This document shows positions 16,223-27,504 of a stretch of DNA of 64,000 bases, one piece after another; the first letter of the stretch is position 1, and every line of letters starts with the position of its first letter. The stretch covers positions 684-64,683 of the forward strand of contig CAZHTA010000002.1 of assembly GCA_964535515.1 (NCBI GenBank), given 5' to 3'. The notes beneath the pieces were generated by a model. The model worked only from the letters and a program-made list of their open reading frames with translations. It was not told the origin of the DNA and ran no database searches. The translations under genes were made by a program, and so were the position numbers. Origin of the DNA: an uncultured Gammaproteobacteria bacterium. Its GTDB lineage: Bacteria; Patescibacteriota; Patescibacteriia; Magasanikbacterales; GWA2-37-8.

Positions 16223-19006
16223 CTACAAATACTTTCCTGTTTGGCTCTTTTTGTTTTTCTTTATATCACTCGGAGTTCCTTCGGCAATTAATGATCCACC
16301 GCCCTTGCCACCTTCTGGCCCAAGTTCGATCACCCAATCAGAACAATTAATCACATCCACATTGTGCTCAATTACCATAACAGTATTCCCCTTCTCTACC
16401 AAACGTTCGAGAACACCCAAAAGATTTTGAATATCAGCAAAATGTAAACCAGTAGTAGGCTCATCTAAGATATACAACGTCTTACCCGTAGCCGAACGAA
16501 CTAATTCAGTAGCCAATTTAATTCTCTGTGCTTCACCACCAGATAGAGTGGTAGCAGGTTGACCAAGGCGCACATAACTCAAACCAACTGCTCGCAATAA
16601 ATCTAACTTATCCGATAAAGCCGGAACATCATGAAAAAACTTATACGCTTCTTCTACCGTCATCTGCAAAACATCAGCAATGTTTTTGTTATGATAATGC
16701 ACCTCTAGCGCTTCTTGATTGTAGCGCGAACCATTACATTCGTTACACACCACAAATACATCAGCTAAAAATTGCATTGGAATGCGAACATACCCTTCGC
16801 CGGCACAGGCCTCACAACGGCCACCGCCTTTAACGTTAAAACTAAACTTACCGGCGTCGTAACCGCGTAATCGTGCTTCTGGCAAATTGGAAAACAAATC
16901 ACGAATAAGAGTGAAGATACCTGTATAGGTAGCAGGATTAGAACGTGGTGTTCTACCAATCGGTGCTTGATCCACCGAAATTACCTTATCAATATGATCA
17001 ACCCCTTTTATCTGCTTGTGTTCTCCTGGTTCATCTTTAGCACGATAAAATTTCTTGAGCAATGCCTTAGCTAAAACTTCTACTACCAAAGTAGACTTAC
17101 CTGAACCAGAAACACCTGTCACACAAACTAATCTTCCTAACGGAATATTAACAGTAATATTTTTCAAATTAAATGCCTTTGCACCAACCACTGTTAGACT
17201 ATTCTTGTTTGTCTTTTTTACCACCTTCTCTAACTTAACCTTTTCTTTACCAGACAAATACAAACCTGTTAAAGATTCTTTCACTTTTTTAACTTCTGCT
17301 ACTGTACCTTGAGCGACAATCTCACCACCATACACACCTGCTCCTGGACCAACATCAATTAAATAATCAGCTGCTTCCATCATAGCGGAATCATGTTCAA
17401 CCACGATTACTGAGTTGCCCAAATCACGTAAAAATTTCAAAGTACCAATCAGCTGCTGATTATCACGTGGATGTAAACCCATGGACGGTTCATCAAGTAT
17501 ATATATTACCCCAGTTAATCCAGAAGACAGCTGAGAAGACAACCGAACACGCGTAACTTCACCGCCAGACAAAGTGTTTAACGATCGATCTAAACTTAAG
17601 TATCCCAAACCTACTTTCTCTAAGTTAGACAAACGCGGTAATAATTCTTTAATAATTGGCGCAGTAATGACTGGCTTAATTTTAGCCGCCCCAATCTTTT
17701 TTAATGCTGCCTGATTCTCTTCTACACTCATACAAGACAAATCAGCAATGGTATAACCTCCCAACTTAACCGCTAACGACTCCGGGCGCAAACGTTTTCC
17801 TTGACACTTCGGACAAACCATTTCACGCATGTATTGCTCGATTTCTTTACGTACATACTCAGAAGTAGTTTGAAGATGGCGCTCACACAAATCATTAACC
17901 ACACCAACAAAAGTAGTAGTCTTGTTTTCTACTGTGTATGTCTCATTACCTGTGCCGTACAAAATGACCTCGCGAACATTTTCGGCTAAATTCTCCCAAG
18001 AAATATTTAAAGAAAAATGATGTTCTTCCGCTACTACCGCCAACATCTTTTGATACCAGCTCTGATTACCAGTAATTCTGGTCCAAGGCTGGATAGCACC
18101 TTCCGCTAAAGTCAAACGTGGATTAGGAATAATCAAATTTACATCTACTTCCATTGTCAACCCTAAACCCGTACAACGCTGACAAGCCCCATATGGACTG
18201 TTAAAACTAAAACTACGGACATCTAATACTGGTAAAGTACGATCACATTTAGGACACAAACCGACGATAGAAAAAAGTTCTTCGCTTAAATTACTTTTAG
18301 CAATTAGTAAACCATTGCTAAAATCCAATGCTAAATCAACCAAACGCATTGGATCGTCTTTTTTAATATCTTCGATCTTACCAACCATCACCGCAACATC
18401 ATGAATCATTCCGGGCTTGAATGAATACTTCGCAAACTCTGGCAATTTCATTACTTCCCCATTAACCATTACCCATTCATACCCCGACTTTTCAATCTTG
18501 TCTAAAATCGCTCGATGCTCAATCTGACTATGACGTACGATTGGAGAAAATATTGAAACCGCGCTACCACGACGCGCCATTTTACGTACATTCTCGGAAA
18601 TTTCACCGGGAGTATTCGCTAGTACACGAACACCGCATTCTGGACAATACTGTTCACCAGCACGCGCAAACAAGAGACGTAAATAATCATATATCTCCGT
18701 AACCGTACCCACAGTAGAACGTGGATTCTGGGCAAATACCTTTTGATCAATCGCGATTGTTGGTGACAAACCATCAATACCATCAATATCTGGTTTGTCA
18801 CGTACTTCCATAAACTGACGCGCATAAGCAGACAAAGATTCCGCATAGCGTCTTTGCCCTTCAGCATAAATTGTATCAAATGCTAACGAAGATTTGCCTG
18901 AACCAGACAAACCAGTGATTACCACGAGTTTGTTTTTCGGAATTTCGATATTAACATTTTTAAGATTGTGTACTCTTGCCCCCCTAATAATTATCTTGTC
19001 TGGCAT
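16223..19006 (-). CDS. uvrA: excinuclease ABC subunit A
   Basis: Two ABC ATPase modules ([23 protein letters not shown]) and zinc-finger Cys clusters. Start placed at [11 protein letters not shown] (the track start at 19039 would overlap the upstream gene). Confidence 0.9.
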   Translation of the reverse strand: MPDKIIIRGARVHNLKNVNIEIPKNKLVVITGLSGSGKSSLAFDTIYAEGQRRYAESLSAYARQFMEVRDKPDIDGIDGLSPTIAIDQKVFAQNPRSTVGTVTEIYDYLRLLFARAGEQYCPECGVRVLANTPGEISENVRKMARRGSAVSIFSPIVRHSQIEHRAILDKIEKSGYEWVMVNGEVMKLPEFAKYSFKPGMIHDVAVMVGKIEDIKKDDPMRLVDLALDFSNGLLIAKSNLSEELFSIVGLCPKCDRTLPVLDVRSFSFNSPYGACQRCTGLGLTMEVDVNLIIPNPRLTLAEGAIQPWTRITGNQSWYQKMLAVVAEEHHFSLNISWENLAENVREVILYGTGNETYTVENKTTTFVGVVNDLCERHLQTTSEYVRKEIEQYMREMVCPKCQGKRLRPESLAVKLGGYTIADLSCMSVEENQAALKKIGAAKIKPVITAPIIKELLPRLSNLEKVGLGYLSLDRSLNTLSGGEVTRVRLSSQLSSGLTGVIYILDEPSMGLHPRDNQQLIGTLKFLRDLGNSVIVVEHDSAMMEAADYLIDVGPGAGVYGGEIVAQGTVAEVKKVKESLTGLYLSGKEKVKLEKVVKKTNKNSLTVVGAKAFNLKNITVNIPLGRLVCVTGVSGSGKSTLVVEVLAKALLKKFYRAKDEPGEHKQIKGVDHIDKVISVDQAPIGRTPRSNPATYTGIFTLIRDLFSNLPEARLRGYDAGKFSFNVKGGGRCEACAGEGYVRIPMQFLADVFVVCNECNGSRYNQEALEVHYHNKNIADVLQMTVEEAYKFFHDVPALSDKLDLLRAVGLSYVRLGQPATTLSGGEAQRIKLATELVRSATGKTLYILDEPTTGLHFADIQNLLGVLERLVEKGNTVMVIEHNVDVINCSDWVIELGPEGGKGGGSLIAEGTPSDIKKNKKSQTGKYL

Positions 19007-19019
19007 AATTTTTAAAATA

Positions 19020-20474
19020 TTATAGGCTATTTTGATCATCCCAACAGTCAGTGTTATCGTCGCCTGAACAATTTTGTATGGGATTCCACTTCGAATCGTT
19101 ATTTAAACCAGGAAAATTTGAGCGCATAATGGTAATATTACAAACAAAACCTTTCTGTAACTCCTCTAAACTAATAAGAGACTTAACAAACTCTGAATTA
19201 CTCGCTAAAATTTTTATATTAGGTTCATCAGATATCGCAGCACAAGAACATCTCTTACCATAGTCTGCTTCACAATCTGGTGCAACAGAATTTAATATTT
19301 TATAACCCAATGTCCCTAAATTAACCACACACTCACCGCCTGTATTTTTACCAATCGCGTGCCAATCATCACAACCAGACGAGGCTGGATTAGCTGGACA
19401 ACTACTCCCATAAAAACCACCACCTTCATCATTCGTTTCACCCCCAAGATAAAACCCTGCCAAATTATCTTTTCCACCACACACACCAGACAAGTTGTTC
19501 GGCTCAAACATATAATTACGTGCTTTATCCGGCAAATCCAAATCATCAACTCTTTCAAGATCTCCATCTTTGCACATTGCAATCAACATTAAATTATTAT
19601 CAAAAATATTATCATCCAAATCGGAACAAAAAAAACCAGGATCACCTTTTATTGTACCAGCCAACATCCCTACTACACATTTAGGAAATTCTTCTTTTAG
19701 ATCCTTGTTTTGATAACAGACATTCCCTGGATCACAAACATCTCCCTTACAAATAGCTCCACCACTTTTTTTAACATAATATTGTTTACCACAAATAAAA
19801 TCTTTTGGGTTGTAAGACAAACTAAAATCAGCTGCCTCAGATTTAGTTTTATCAACTTTTACCCCTGGTTCTCCAGCAAATGCAAAAACACTAGACGACG
19901 CTGCCTGTGAACAGAACTCCGGCGTCAACGAATTTGTTTTAATCATAAACGTCTGTGGCAGACGTAAATTTACCAAAGCTGGATTAATCGTATTTAAAAT
20001 TACATAGGAAAGGTATGCAATCAGTAAGCCTATTAACGCCCCACCAATTCTCTTCTTGGCGCTACTAATTGCTTCGCTATTACCACCCGATGTTACATAT
20101 TGCGCTCCGGCAATAATTATCATTACCGCCGCTAAGATGCCAGCAATGCTAAGAGCATAGTTATAGTTTACTAAAATAAACTGTCCAACATCTTTAAATT
20201 GAGTTTGTCCACCAAATTTAACTTCTGTTTCAATAACCCCAGCCGGCAAACATTTTCCCCAACCTTCTTTATCGCAAGGGGCTTCGTTCTTTAAAAAACC
20301 CTTTGGTGCATCCGCGCTAGAAGCACCAAAATCTTTTCTTACTTTTAGACACTCTGCCTCTTCCCAACATATTGGATTAAATTCGGGAATCAAACTAGAG
20401 TCTGCTGAACGTGCCGGCAATACTGGTAATAAAAACATCCCTACCAATAAAACTAAAAATATTTTTCTCTTCAT
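19020..20474 (-). CDS. secreted Cys-rich protein with signal peptide and central two-TM VirB2/TrbC-like module (TINPALV motif)
   Basis: Signal peptide. [61 protein letters not shown] is paralogous to modules in the ORFs at 51560 and 53131. C-terminal domain very Cys-rich. Confidence 0.6.
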   Translation of the reverse strand: MKRKIFLVLLVGMFLLPVLPARSADSSLIPEFNPICWEEAECLKVRKDFGASSADAPKGFLKNEAPCDKEGWGKCLPAGVIETEVKFGGQTQFKDVGQFILVNYNYALSIAGILAAVMIIIAGAQYVTSGGNSEAISSAKKRIGGALIGLLIAYLSYVILNTINPALVNLRLPQTFMIKTNSLTPEFCSQAASSSVFAFAGEPGVKVDKTKSEAADFSLSYNPKDFICGKQYYVKKSGGAICKGDVCDPGNVCYQNKDLKEEFPKCVVGMLAGTIKGDPGFFCSDLDDNIFDNNLMLIAMCKDGDLERVDDLDLPDKARNYMFEPNNLSGVCGGKDNLAGFYLGGETNDEGGGFYGSSCPANPASSGCDDWHAIGKNTGGECVVNLGTLGYKILNSVAPDCEADYGKRCSCAAISDEPNIKILASNSEFVKSLISLEELQKGFVCNITIMRSNFPGLNNDSKWNPIQNCSGDDNTDCWDDQNSL

Positions 20475-20477
20475 ATA

Positions 20478-21248
20478 CTATTTATTTAATTTAGAAAAGA
20501 AAGATTCCCAAACCTCCCATGGTACTACGCCTTGAATTTTTTCACCGTTTACAAAAAAAGTAGGAGTACCATTGATACCTAATTTAAAACCATCGGCATA
20601 ATCACGATTTACTTCCGTTGCCATGGTATGATTATTAAAACACTCACTTAATTTTTTAAAATCTAATCCAGTTAAATCTGCCATCTCTTTCAAATCTTTC
20701 GCTGTAACACTCACCGGCAAACTATCCTGGTTCTCATATAACCAATCATGCACTGGCCAGAACAACCCCTGTTGATAAGCACACCCCGCTAATTCAGCAA
20801 TCTTACTCGTACCTGGGTACAGAGACTCTAATGGGAAATCACGAACAATCAATTTAACCTTTTGTCCGTATTTGCTCAAAACCTTCTTTAAAATCGGCAT
20901 AGCGGCCTTAGAATTAGGACACTTAAAATCAACAAACTCAACAATTACAATCTCCGCATTCGCATTACCCAAAAACGGGTCATCCGTAGTTTCTATCTCA
21001 GTTCTCTGCACAAAGTCTGGTCCAGAATTACTGCCCGAAGCGCTAAACTCACCATAAATCTTCTGGGTTAGCGCTTCCCCTCGACCAGCTCTAATCTCGC
21101 TCCAATAGTAGATCGTTAGCCCGCCAAAACCCAAAATACTTGCCACAATCAACGCTAAAAGGCCAACCAAGGCCACTTTCCAACCACTATGATACCAATG
21201 TTTAAGAGGAATTGATTGATTTTCCATAGATATTTTATAGTTAGACAA
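20478..21248 (-). CDS. DsbA-like thioredoxin-fold protein (active site CPNS, CxxS variant), membrane-anchored
   Basis: N-terminal TM, VEFVDFKCPNSKAAMP at the expected active-site position, DsbA-like C-terminal half (GINGTPTFFVNG). Confidence 0.6.
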   Translation of the reverse strand: MSNYKISMENQSIPLKHWYHSGWKVALVGLLALIVASILGFGGLTIYYWSEIRAGRGEALTQKIYGEFSASGSNSGPDFVQRTEIETTDDPFLGNANAEIVIVEFVDFKCPNSKAAMPILKKVLSKYGQKVKLIVRDFPLESLYPGTSKIAELAGCAYQQGLFWPVHDWLYENQDSLPVSVTAKDLKEMADLTGLDFKKLSECFNNHTMATEVNRDYADGFKLGINGTPTFFVNGEKIQGVVPWEVWESFFSKLNK

Positions 21249-21349
21249 GCATAGTATACCATAAAAAGGTTTTTTGCAATACCCCAGCCCTTAACACACA
21301 ATTGACAAAAATGAGTTAAACTGGTATCATATTAAGTACTTAAAACTCT

Positions 21350-21568
21350 ATGACTCAAACTATTTTTAACATCGTTCAAATAATCTTAGCAGTTGTCCTG
21401 ATTCTAATCGTGCTATTACAACAAAAAGGCACTGGCTTAAGCGGCGTTTTTGGAGGTTCTTCTAATATATACAGCACCAAACGTGGGGTTGATAAAATTC
21501 TTCATTACTCTACGATTGTCGTTTCAATCGTCTTCTTTGCTCTTTCTTTGCTTCGTTTAGTTTTCTAA
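21350..21568 (+). CDS. secG: preprotein translocase subunit SecG
   Basis: 72 aa, two TM segments, LLQQKGTGLSGVFGG motif; TTGACA-17-TATCAT promoter at about 21303-21331. Confidence 0.75.
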   Translation: MTQTIFNIVQIILAVVLILIVLLQQKGTGLSGVFGGSSNIYSTKRGVDKILHYSTIVVSIVFFALSLLRLVF

Positions 21569-21605
21569 AACTAACCCTAACTCTTAGGTTAAGCAACCTA
21601 CTCCC

Positions 21606-23564
21606 ATGAATTGGAAAGTACTTTTTTCACGCTTTAAAAAACCGGACCACACTGTCACCCGGAAAAATTTGGATAGTAAATTAATCAAAAGAATTAATTT
21701 ACGCCAATTACCTAAATTATCACAATTAAAATACGTGGGAAGTTTTTTAAGTACCGTAGAAAAAAAGGTAGTAATTGGCGGTTTAATTGTTTCCCTAGTC
21801 GGTTTACTCGGTTGGACAACAGTCTTTTTGTCACGCCACTATGAACGTGCGCCTAAAGTTGGCGGCGAATATATCGAGGGTCTTATTGGACAACCAAAAT
21901 ATATTAACCCAATCTTTTCTACTACTAATGATGTTGACGCTGACATTGTCGGATTAGTCTACGCTGGATTATTTAAATACAGTAAAGAAGGTACAATCGA
22001 ATCAGAACTAGCCGAAAGCTATGAACTGAGCAAAGATAAAAAAACCTATACCGTAAAATTAAAACCAAATTTAAAATGGCCTGATGGCCAACCAATTACC
22101 GGCCAAGATGTATCATATACTTTTGAAACTATCCAAAACCCAGAAGTAGGCAGCCCGCTATTTGCTGCCATGCAAGGAGTAAAAATTGAAACACCGGATG
22201 AACTAACAATTAGTTTTACTCTTAAAGAATCCTTTTCTCCTTTCTTGGGTGTATTAACTACCGGAATATTACCAAGTCATCTTTGGTCAGAAATTCCACC
22301 CGCTAGTATAAAACTAGCTAAACTAAATTCCCAACCCGTTGGCGCTGGTGTTTGGAAATTTTCTAAATTAATAAAAGACGAAGGAGGAAATATCCAAACT
22401 TTAACACTTGCTCCCAACGATCTGTATTACGGGCAACACCCATACCTAAAAATTATTACTTTCAAATTTTATAATAACTACACCGAAGCAATTAACGGCT
22501 TACGCGGACAAAACATTAATGGCATTGCCTTTGTTCCACAAAAATTAAAAGATAAAGTAGGAGGAAAAAATATTAACCTCTATGAATTTACTTTACCTCA
22601 ATACAGCGCAATGTTTTTTAACCAAAATCAATCTACTGAACTAAAAGATAAAGACTTACGTTTGGCTCTAAATTTAGCAATTGATAAAGAAAGAATCATC
22701 CGTGAAGCACTAGATGGTGCCGGGGTAACGATCGACTCTCCGATTTTACCAGGCATGCTTGGATATGACGCAACCATTAAAGATGCTGAATTTAATCCTG
22801 AGTTAGCAAACAAAACATTAGATAAAAAATGGACACGTATTCAACCGGAAGAATACTTTAGTATCAAACAAACAGTCGAATTAAAAAACTACCAAACTGA
22901 AATTGAAGAAGTAAAAAAGAACGCTAGTTCTACTCCTGAAATGGTTTCTTCTACCTTAGAAAAAATTACTAACGATGCAAAACGTACGGTACGCCAGACC
23001 ATGGATGCCGGACAATCATTCTACCGCAAAGATAGTAAAGGTAACATTCTGGCTCTAACCATTACCACTGCTGATACTCCAGAATATTTAAAAACCGCTC
23101 AAACAATTGCGACTTTCTGGCGAGCGTTAGGTATCCAAACCAATATTCAATCTCTTAGTGGATACCAACTAAACAAAGACATTGTCCGTGATCGCAATTA
23201 CCAAATCTTTTTGTATGGTGAAATTGTTGGTGCGGATCCTGACCCATATTCTTTCTGGCATTCTTCACAAGGAGATTACCCTGGCATGAATTTAGCAATG
23301 TTTTCTGATCGCAATGCTGATAAAGTTTTAGAAGAAGCCCGTACTACTTTCTCTAGCGCTGACCGAGTAAAATTGTATAAAAAATTCCAAGAAATAGTAA
23401 CGGCTGAGATCCCAGCAATATTTCTTTATACCCCCAAACATTTAATGGCTATTAGCCAAGATATCAAGGGAGCCAGAATAGAAAACCCTACAACCCCCGC
23501 TAATCGCTTCCAATATCTAAGCGAGTGGTACACTAAAACCACTTGGCGTTGGAAGAGCAACTAA
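21606..23564 (+). CDS. ABC transporter substrate-binding protein, family 5 (oligopeptide/nickel type), membrane-anchored
   Basis: N-terminal TM anchor then SBP_bac_5-like body (KYINPIFSTTNDVDADIVGLVYAGLFKY, PDGQPITGQDVSYTFE). Confidence 0.7.
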   Translation: MNWKVLFSRFKKPDHTVTRKNLDSKLIKRINLRQLPKLSQLKYVGSFLSTVEKKVVIGGLIVSLVGLLGWTTVFLSRHYERAPKVGGEYIEGLIGQPKYINPIFSTTNDVDADIVGLVYAGLFKYSKEGTIESELAESYELSKDKKTYTVKLKPNLKWPDGQPITGQDVSYTFETIQNPEVGSPLFAAMQGVKIETPDELTISFTLKESFSPFLGVLTTGILPSHLWSEIPPASIKLAKLNSQPVGAGVWKFSKLIKDEGGNIQTLTLAPNDLYYGQHPYLKIITFKFYNNYTEAINGLRGQNINGIAFVPQKLKDKVGGKNINLYEFTLPQYSAMFFNQNQSTELKDKDLRLALNLAIDKERIIREALDGAGVTIDSPILPGMLGYDATIKDAEFNPELANKTLDKKWTRIQPEEYFSIKQTVELKNYQTEIEEVKKNASSTPEMVSSTLEKITNDAKRTVRQTMDAGQSFYRKDSKGNILALTITTADTPEYLKTAQTIATFWRALGIQTNIQSLSGYQLNKDIVRDRNYQIFLYGEIVGADPDPYSFWHSSQGDYPGMNLAMFSDRNADKVLEEARTTFSSADRVKLYKKFQEIVTAEIPAIFLYTPKHLMAISQDIKGARIENPTTPANRFQYLSEWYTKTTWRWKSN

Positions 23565-23589
23565 AGCAATTTAAGTTTTAAAAAATCTC

Positions 23590-23674
23590 GGGCAAGTGGC
23601 GGAATTGGTATACGCGTACGTCTCAGAAGCGTATGGGGAAACCCACAGGAGTTCGACTCTCCTCTTGCCCACCA
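23590..23674 (+). tRNA. tRNA-Leu (anticodon CAG), class II with long variable arm, CCA encoded
   Basis: Hand fold: acceptor GGGCAAG/CUUGCCC, anticodon loop cuCAGaa, long variable arm, T-arm GGAG-UUCGACU-CUCC, 3' ACCA present. Confidence 0.7.
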
Positions 23675-23746
23675 AATTTATCTCTCGACCAGTCGAGATG
23701 AGAGAAAAATCTTCTTTTATTTATTTTATTTAATTCATAAAAAATT

Positions 23747-25528
23747 ATGATTACAACTAACACGCAACGTGAACCGAAAAAAACTTTCGGAACACGTCAA
23801 AATACTCGCGCCCCGCAAAGGCGCACTAACTATCAACCCTCTTTTTCTCGTTTCCGAAACGATGACACCAAATTAAAAGTTATGGTCGTCGGCGGATTAG
23901 AAGAAGTTGGGCGTAACTGTACCTTCTTGGAATACAATAATGACATTATCATTATTGACATGGGATTACAATTCCCAGAAGAAGACATGCCTGGTATTGA
24001 TTACATCATCCCTAACATGGGATACCTAAAAGGCAAAGAAAAAAATATCCGTGGCGTAATTATCACCCATGCTCATTACGACCACATCGGTGGTATCCCC
24101 CATCTTATCCCAATGCTTGGCTATCCTCCGATCTATGGCTTACCATTAACTAACGCCATCATCAAAAAAAGACAAGAGGACTACAAAGGATTAAAGCCGC
24201 TTAACATTCACAATCTAAAAATTGAAGACAAACTAAGGCTCGGTAGTTTTGAAGTAGAATTTTTCCACTTAAACCACAACATTCCCGATACTATGGGTGT
24301 GGTAATTAATACTCCAGAAGGAACAGTGGTCCATACGGGTGACTGGAAATTCGACTATCAACCTGTCGCTGGTGATCAACCCGCTGACTTACAAAGAATC
24401 GCCCAAATCGGTGCTAAAGGAGTAATGGCCCTTTTGACTGACTCAACTAATGCTTCCCAGCCTGGCCATCAAATGTCTGAATCAGAAATCGGAACAAACT
24501 TAGATGACATTATCGCCAAAGCTCCTGGCCGATTGATTATTGGCACCTTTGCTTCTCTGCTCTCGCGTATTAAACAAATTGTTGATATTGCAGAAAAAAC
24601 TGGCAAAGTTGTGGCGCTCGACGGTTACTCAATGAAAAACAACGTTGAAATTGCTAAAGAATTGGGATACATGAAATTTCATCCCAAAACTTTTGTTGAC
24701 TTAACCAAAGTGAAAGATTATCCCGACGACAAAGTCATCATCATCTGTACAGGTGCCCAAGGAGAAAAAACTGCTTCTTTGATGCGTATCGCTAATGGCG
24801 AACATCGCATAATTAACTTAAGCAAAGGTGACACAGTCGTATTCTCTTCTTCTGTTATCCCAGGTAACGAACGCACAGTACAACGTTTAAAAGACACGCT
24901 GTTTAGAAAAGGTGCCAATGTTATCCATTATCAAATGATGGACGTTCATGCTGGTGGCCACGCCAAAGCAGATGACGTTAAATTAATGATCCGTCTTTTG
25001 AATCCAAAATATTTTGTACCAATCGAAGGCAACCACTTCTTGCTACATTACAACGCACGTGTTGCTGAATCAATTGGCTTTGATAAAGAAAAGATTTTTA
25101 TCGCTGACAATGGACAGGTAATGGAATTCAAAGCCGGTGTTGGAAAACTAACCAAAGAAAAAATTCCCGCTGACTATGTATTCGTTGACGGCTTAGGCGT
25201 GTCCGATGAAACCAACGTGGTTTTGCGCGATCGCCAAGTTTTAGCCGAAGATGGAATGGTTGTGGTAATTGTTACGGTTGATTCTAAAACTGGAAAATTA
25301 ATCCAAAACCCTGACATCATTTCCCGTGGTTTTGTCTTCCTAAAAGAGCACAAAGAACTAATCGAAGACTTACGTCACCGTGTCAAAAAAACCGTTGTCG
25401 ATTCTGACCCACTATCTTGGGCAGACACCAACAATATCCGCAACAAAATCCGTGACTATGTTGGCCAATTCCTGTTTACCAAGACAGAAAAAAGACCAAT
25501 GATTTTACCAGTGGTGATTGAAGTGTAA
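23747..25528 (+). CDS. rnj: ribonuclease J (metallo-beta-lactamase/beta-CASP RNase)
   Basis: HAHYDHIGG and DGTVVHTGDWKFD motifs; Arg-rich about 40-aa N-terminal extension. Confidence 0.85.
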   Translation: MITTNTQREPKKTFGTRQNTRAPQRRTNYQPSFSRFRNDDTKLKVMVVGGLEEVGRNCTFLEYNNDIIIIDMGLQFPEEDMPGIDYIIPNMGYLKGKEKNIRGVIITHAHYDHIGGIPHLIPMLGYPPIYGLPLTNAIIKKRQEDYKGLKPLNIHNLKIEDKLRLGSFEVEFFHLNHNIPDTMGVVINTPEGTVVHTGDWKFDYQPVAGDQPADLQRIAQIGAKGVMALLTDSTNASQPGHQMSESEIGTNLDDIIAKAPGRLIIGTFASLLSRIKQIVDIAEKTGKVVALDGYSMKNNVEIAKELGYMKFHPKTFVDLTKVKDYPDDKVIIICTGAQGEKTASLMRIANGEHRIINLSKGDTVVFSSSVIPGNERTVQRLKDTLFRKGANVIHYQMMDVHAGGHAKADDVKLMIRLLNPKYFVPIEGNHFLLHYNARVAESIGFDKEKIFIADNGQVMEFKAGVGKLTKEKIPADYVFVDGLGVSDETNVVLRDRQVLAEDGMVVVIVTVDSKTGKLIQNPDIISRGFVFLKEHKELIEDLRHRVKKTVVDSDPLSWADTNNIRNKIRDYVGQFLFTKTEKRPMILPVVIEV

Positions 25529-25573
25529 AAAACAAAATTTGACAAAAAACTACCCTTACGGTAAATTAAAGAT

Positions 25574-25633
25574 ATGAACAAAATCCACTTACAATTAAAC
25601 GCTTGGTGGACTGCTCCTAACTGCGGGCAGTGA
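25574..25633 (+). CDS. trp leader peptide (19 aa, MNKIHLQLNAWWTAPNCGQ) with tandem Trp codons
   Basis: Small ORF read directly; the UGG-UGG pair sits immediately before overlapping antiterminator/terminator alternatives upstream of trpB. Confidence 0.5.
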   Translation: MNKIHLQLNAWWTAPNCGQ

Positions 25634-25661
25634 TTTTGATTTTTTAATTTACTTTCACTAA

Positions 25662-25687
25662 CTGCCCGCTGTGGGCAGTTTTTGTTT
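25662..25687 (+). terminator. attenuator terminator (CUGCCC-gcugu-GGGCAG then T5GT3) in trpB leader
   Basis: Perfect 6-bp GC stem plus T-run. Upstream segment GCGGGCAGTGA (25623-25633) can alternatively pair with TCACT-AA-CTGCCCGC (25656-25670) as an antiterminator. Confidence 0.55.
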
Positions 25688-25794
25688 ATCTAAAAATTCT
25701 ATGAAATCACTCTATCACAATTACTCACGATTTAGCTGGCAAAAGATTAATACCGGGTGACTTTTATATTATTCAATATTCTAATTTTAAACAT

Positions 25795-27003
25795 ATGAAC
25801 TCACAAACAATTAACTACAAAACACTACCTAACACCGAAGGATACTTCGGTGAATATGGCGGACAATTAGTTCCGCCCCAACTCAAACCCGCTTTAGATG
25901 AAGTGGCGAAAGCCTACGAAGAAGCAAAAAATGATCCAACCTTCCAAAAAGAATATGAAGATCTCTTAAAGAATTATGTTGGCCGGCCGTCACCTCTCTA
26001 CTTCGCCAAAAACCTAACAGCCAAACTTGGTGGAGCCAAAATATATCTAAAACGTGAAGACCTAAATCACACGGGCGCACACAAAATAAACCACACATTA
26101 GGTGAGGCACTTCTCGCTAAACGTATGGGTAAGAAAAAACTCTTAGCGGAAACTGGTGCTGGACAACATGGTGTAGCACTAGCAACTGCCGCAGCAATAG
26201 TTGGACTAGAATGTGAAATACACATGGGCGCAATCGACGTAGCTAAACAACATCCTAATGTTATAAGGATGAAGCTGCTCGGAGCAACAGTAGTAGAAGT
26301 AACTACTGGCGGACGTTGTTTAAAAGATGCTGTAGACAGTGCCTTTGGCGTATACATGCAAGACTACAAAAACGTCTTCTTCGCAATTGGCTCGGTGGTT
26401 GGTCCTCATCCCTACCCTCAAATGGTACGCGATTTCCAATCAATCGTTGGCAAAGAAGCCAAGGAACAAATATTGGAACTAGAAAAACGTTTACCTGATT
26501 ATCTCATCGCTTGCGTTGGTGGCGGTTCTAACGCTATCGGACTATTTAATGAATTCCTAAACGACGAACAGGTAAAAATGATTGGTGTTGAACCAGCAGG
26601 AAAAAGTTTCAAACCTGGTGAACACGCCGCCACACTCACTTTAGGCACACCTGGCGCTATCCACGGAATGATGACTTATCTTTTACAAGACGACAAAGGC
26701 GAACCACTACCCGTACACTCAATTGCTTCCGGCCTTGACTACCCTGGTGTTGGCCCAGAACATTCTTATCTCAAAGATACGGGCAGAGTTGAATATACCA
26801 ATGCGAACGATGAAGACGCACTAAAAGCATTTTTGGAACTTTCAAAAGTTGAAGGTATTATCCCAGCACTAGAAAGTTCACATGCTATCGCCCAAGCGAT
26901 AAAATTTGCACCCACACTAGATAAAGACAAAATAATTATTGTTAACCTATCTGGTCGAGGCGACAAAGATGTCGATTACGTGGCGGAAAAATTAGGTATG
27001 TAA
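25795..27003 (+). CDS. trpB: tryptophan synthase beta chain (TrpB1 type), apparently solitary
   Basis: PLP-lysine motif [27 protein letters not shown]-terminal motif. No trpA or other trp genes adjacent. Confidence 0.9.
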   Translation: MNSQTINYKTLPNTEGYFGEYGGQLVPPQLKPALDEVAKAYEEAKNDPTFQKEYEDLLKNYVGRPSPLYFAKNLTAKLGGAKIYLKREDLNHTGAHKINHTLGEALLAKRMGKKKLLAETGAGQHGVALATAAAIVGLECEIHMGAIDVAKQHPNVIRMKLLGATVVEVTTGGRCLKDAVDSAFGVYMQDYKNVFFAIGSVVGPHPYPQMVRDFQSIVGKEAKEQILELEKRLPDYLIACVGGGSNAIGLFNEFLNDEQVKMIGVEPAGKSFKPGEHAATLTLGTPGAIHGMMTYLLQDDKGEPLPVHSIASGLDYPGVGPEHSYLKDTGRVEYTNANDEDALKAFLELSKVEGIIPALESSHAIAQAIKFAPTLDKDKIIIVNLSGRGDKDVDYVAEKLGM

Positions 27004-27014
27004 TATAAACAAAA

Positions 27015-27048
27015 ATACCTCCGAAAAAAACTCGGAGGTATTTTATTT
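27015..27048 (+). terminator. intrinsic terminator after trpB (ACCTCCG-aaaaaaa-CGGAGGT then T-run)
   Basis: Read directly. Confidence 0.55.
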
Positions 27049-27162
27049 CTTGTTCCAAGACCTCCACAACAGTAAAAATTTTACTGCTCTGGAGGTTCGG
27101 TCTTGAAACAGGTGTAGTGCCTGAGAAAGGCGGCGTGCGAATGCACAACCGAACCGACGGGA

Positions 27163-27504
27163 CTAGCCCTCAGAGAAGACCACATCATACTCATCCACGT
27201 CACGATCAGGGATGTCGAAGAAGGCGATGGTCTCCGAGAACAGCCGCTTCAAGGTGAAACGGTCGCTGGACAAGACCGGCTCCCAGTTCAACAGCGAAAA
27301 AGTGGTCGTCCTCCTGAACCGATAATCGCTGTCATGATGCCAACGCAGAGTCAGGCCCGCCGGATCAAACCCTGACCCACCCTCCACTCGACCGCTGCTT
27401 ATCGTCCCATCGGAGCGATACCCAACGATCCTGGCACGAAGCGCGAGATCATCTTCGTGCTCTTCGCAAAACCTGCGCACTTCCCCCCAAGTGGACATCT
27501 CCAT
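27163..27504 (-). CDS. hypothetical protein (113 aa), GC-rich island C
   Basis: ORF track. GC-rich codons unlike neighbours. No TM and no recognisable domain. Confidence 0.45.
   Translation of the reverse strand: MEMSTWGEVRRFCEEHEDDLALRARIVGYRSDGTISSGRVEGGSGFDPAGLTLRWHHDSDYRFRRTTTFSLLNWEPVLSSDRFTLKRLFSETIAFFDIPDRDVDEYDVVFSEG

Noticed and set aside
19020-19039. Apparent 20-nt overlap between uvrA and the upstream Cys-rich gene
   Set aside because: Resolved by starting uvrA at the conserved [11 protein letters not shown] methionine (19006).
25580-25700. T-box riboswitch upstream of trpB (GGTGGACTGC resembles the T-box core)
   Set aside because: The leader is only about 110 nt with no stem I or specifier loop; a 19-aa leader ORF with tandem Trp codons and alternative hairpins fits classic attenuation better. 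Infernal could settle it.
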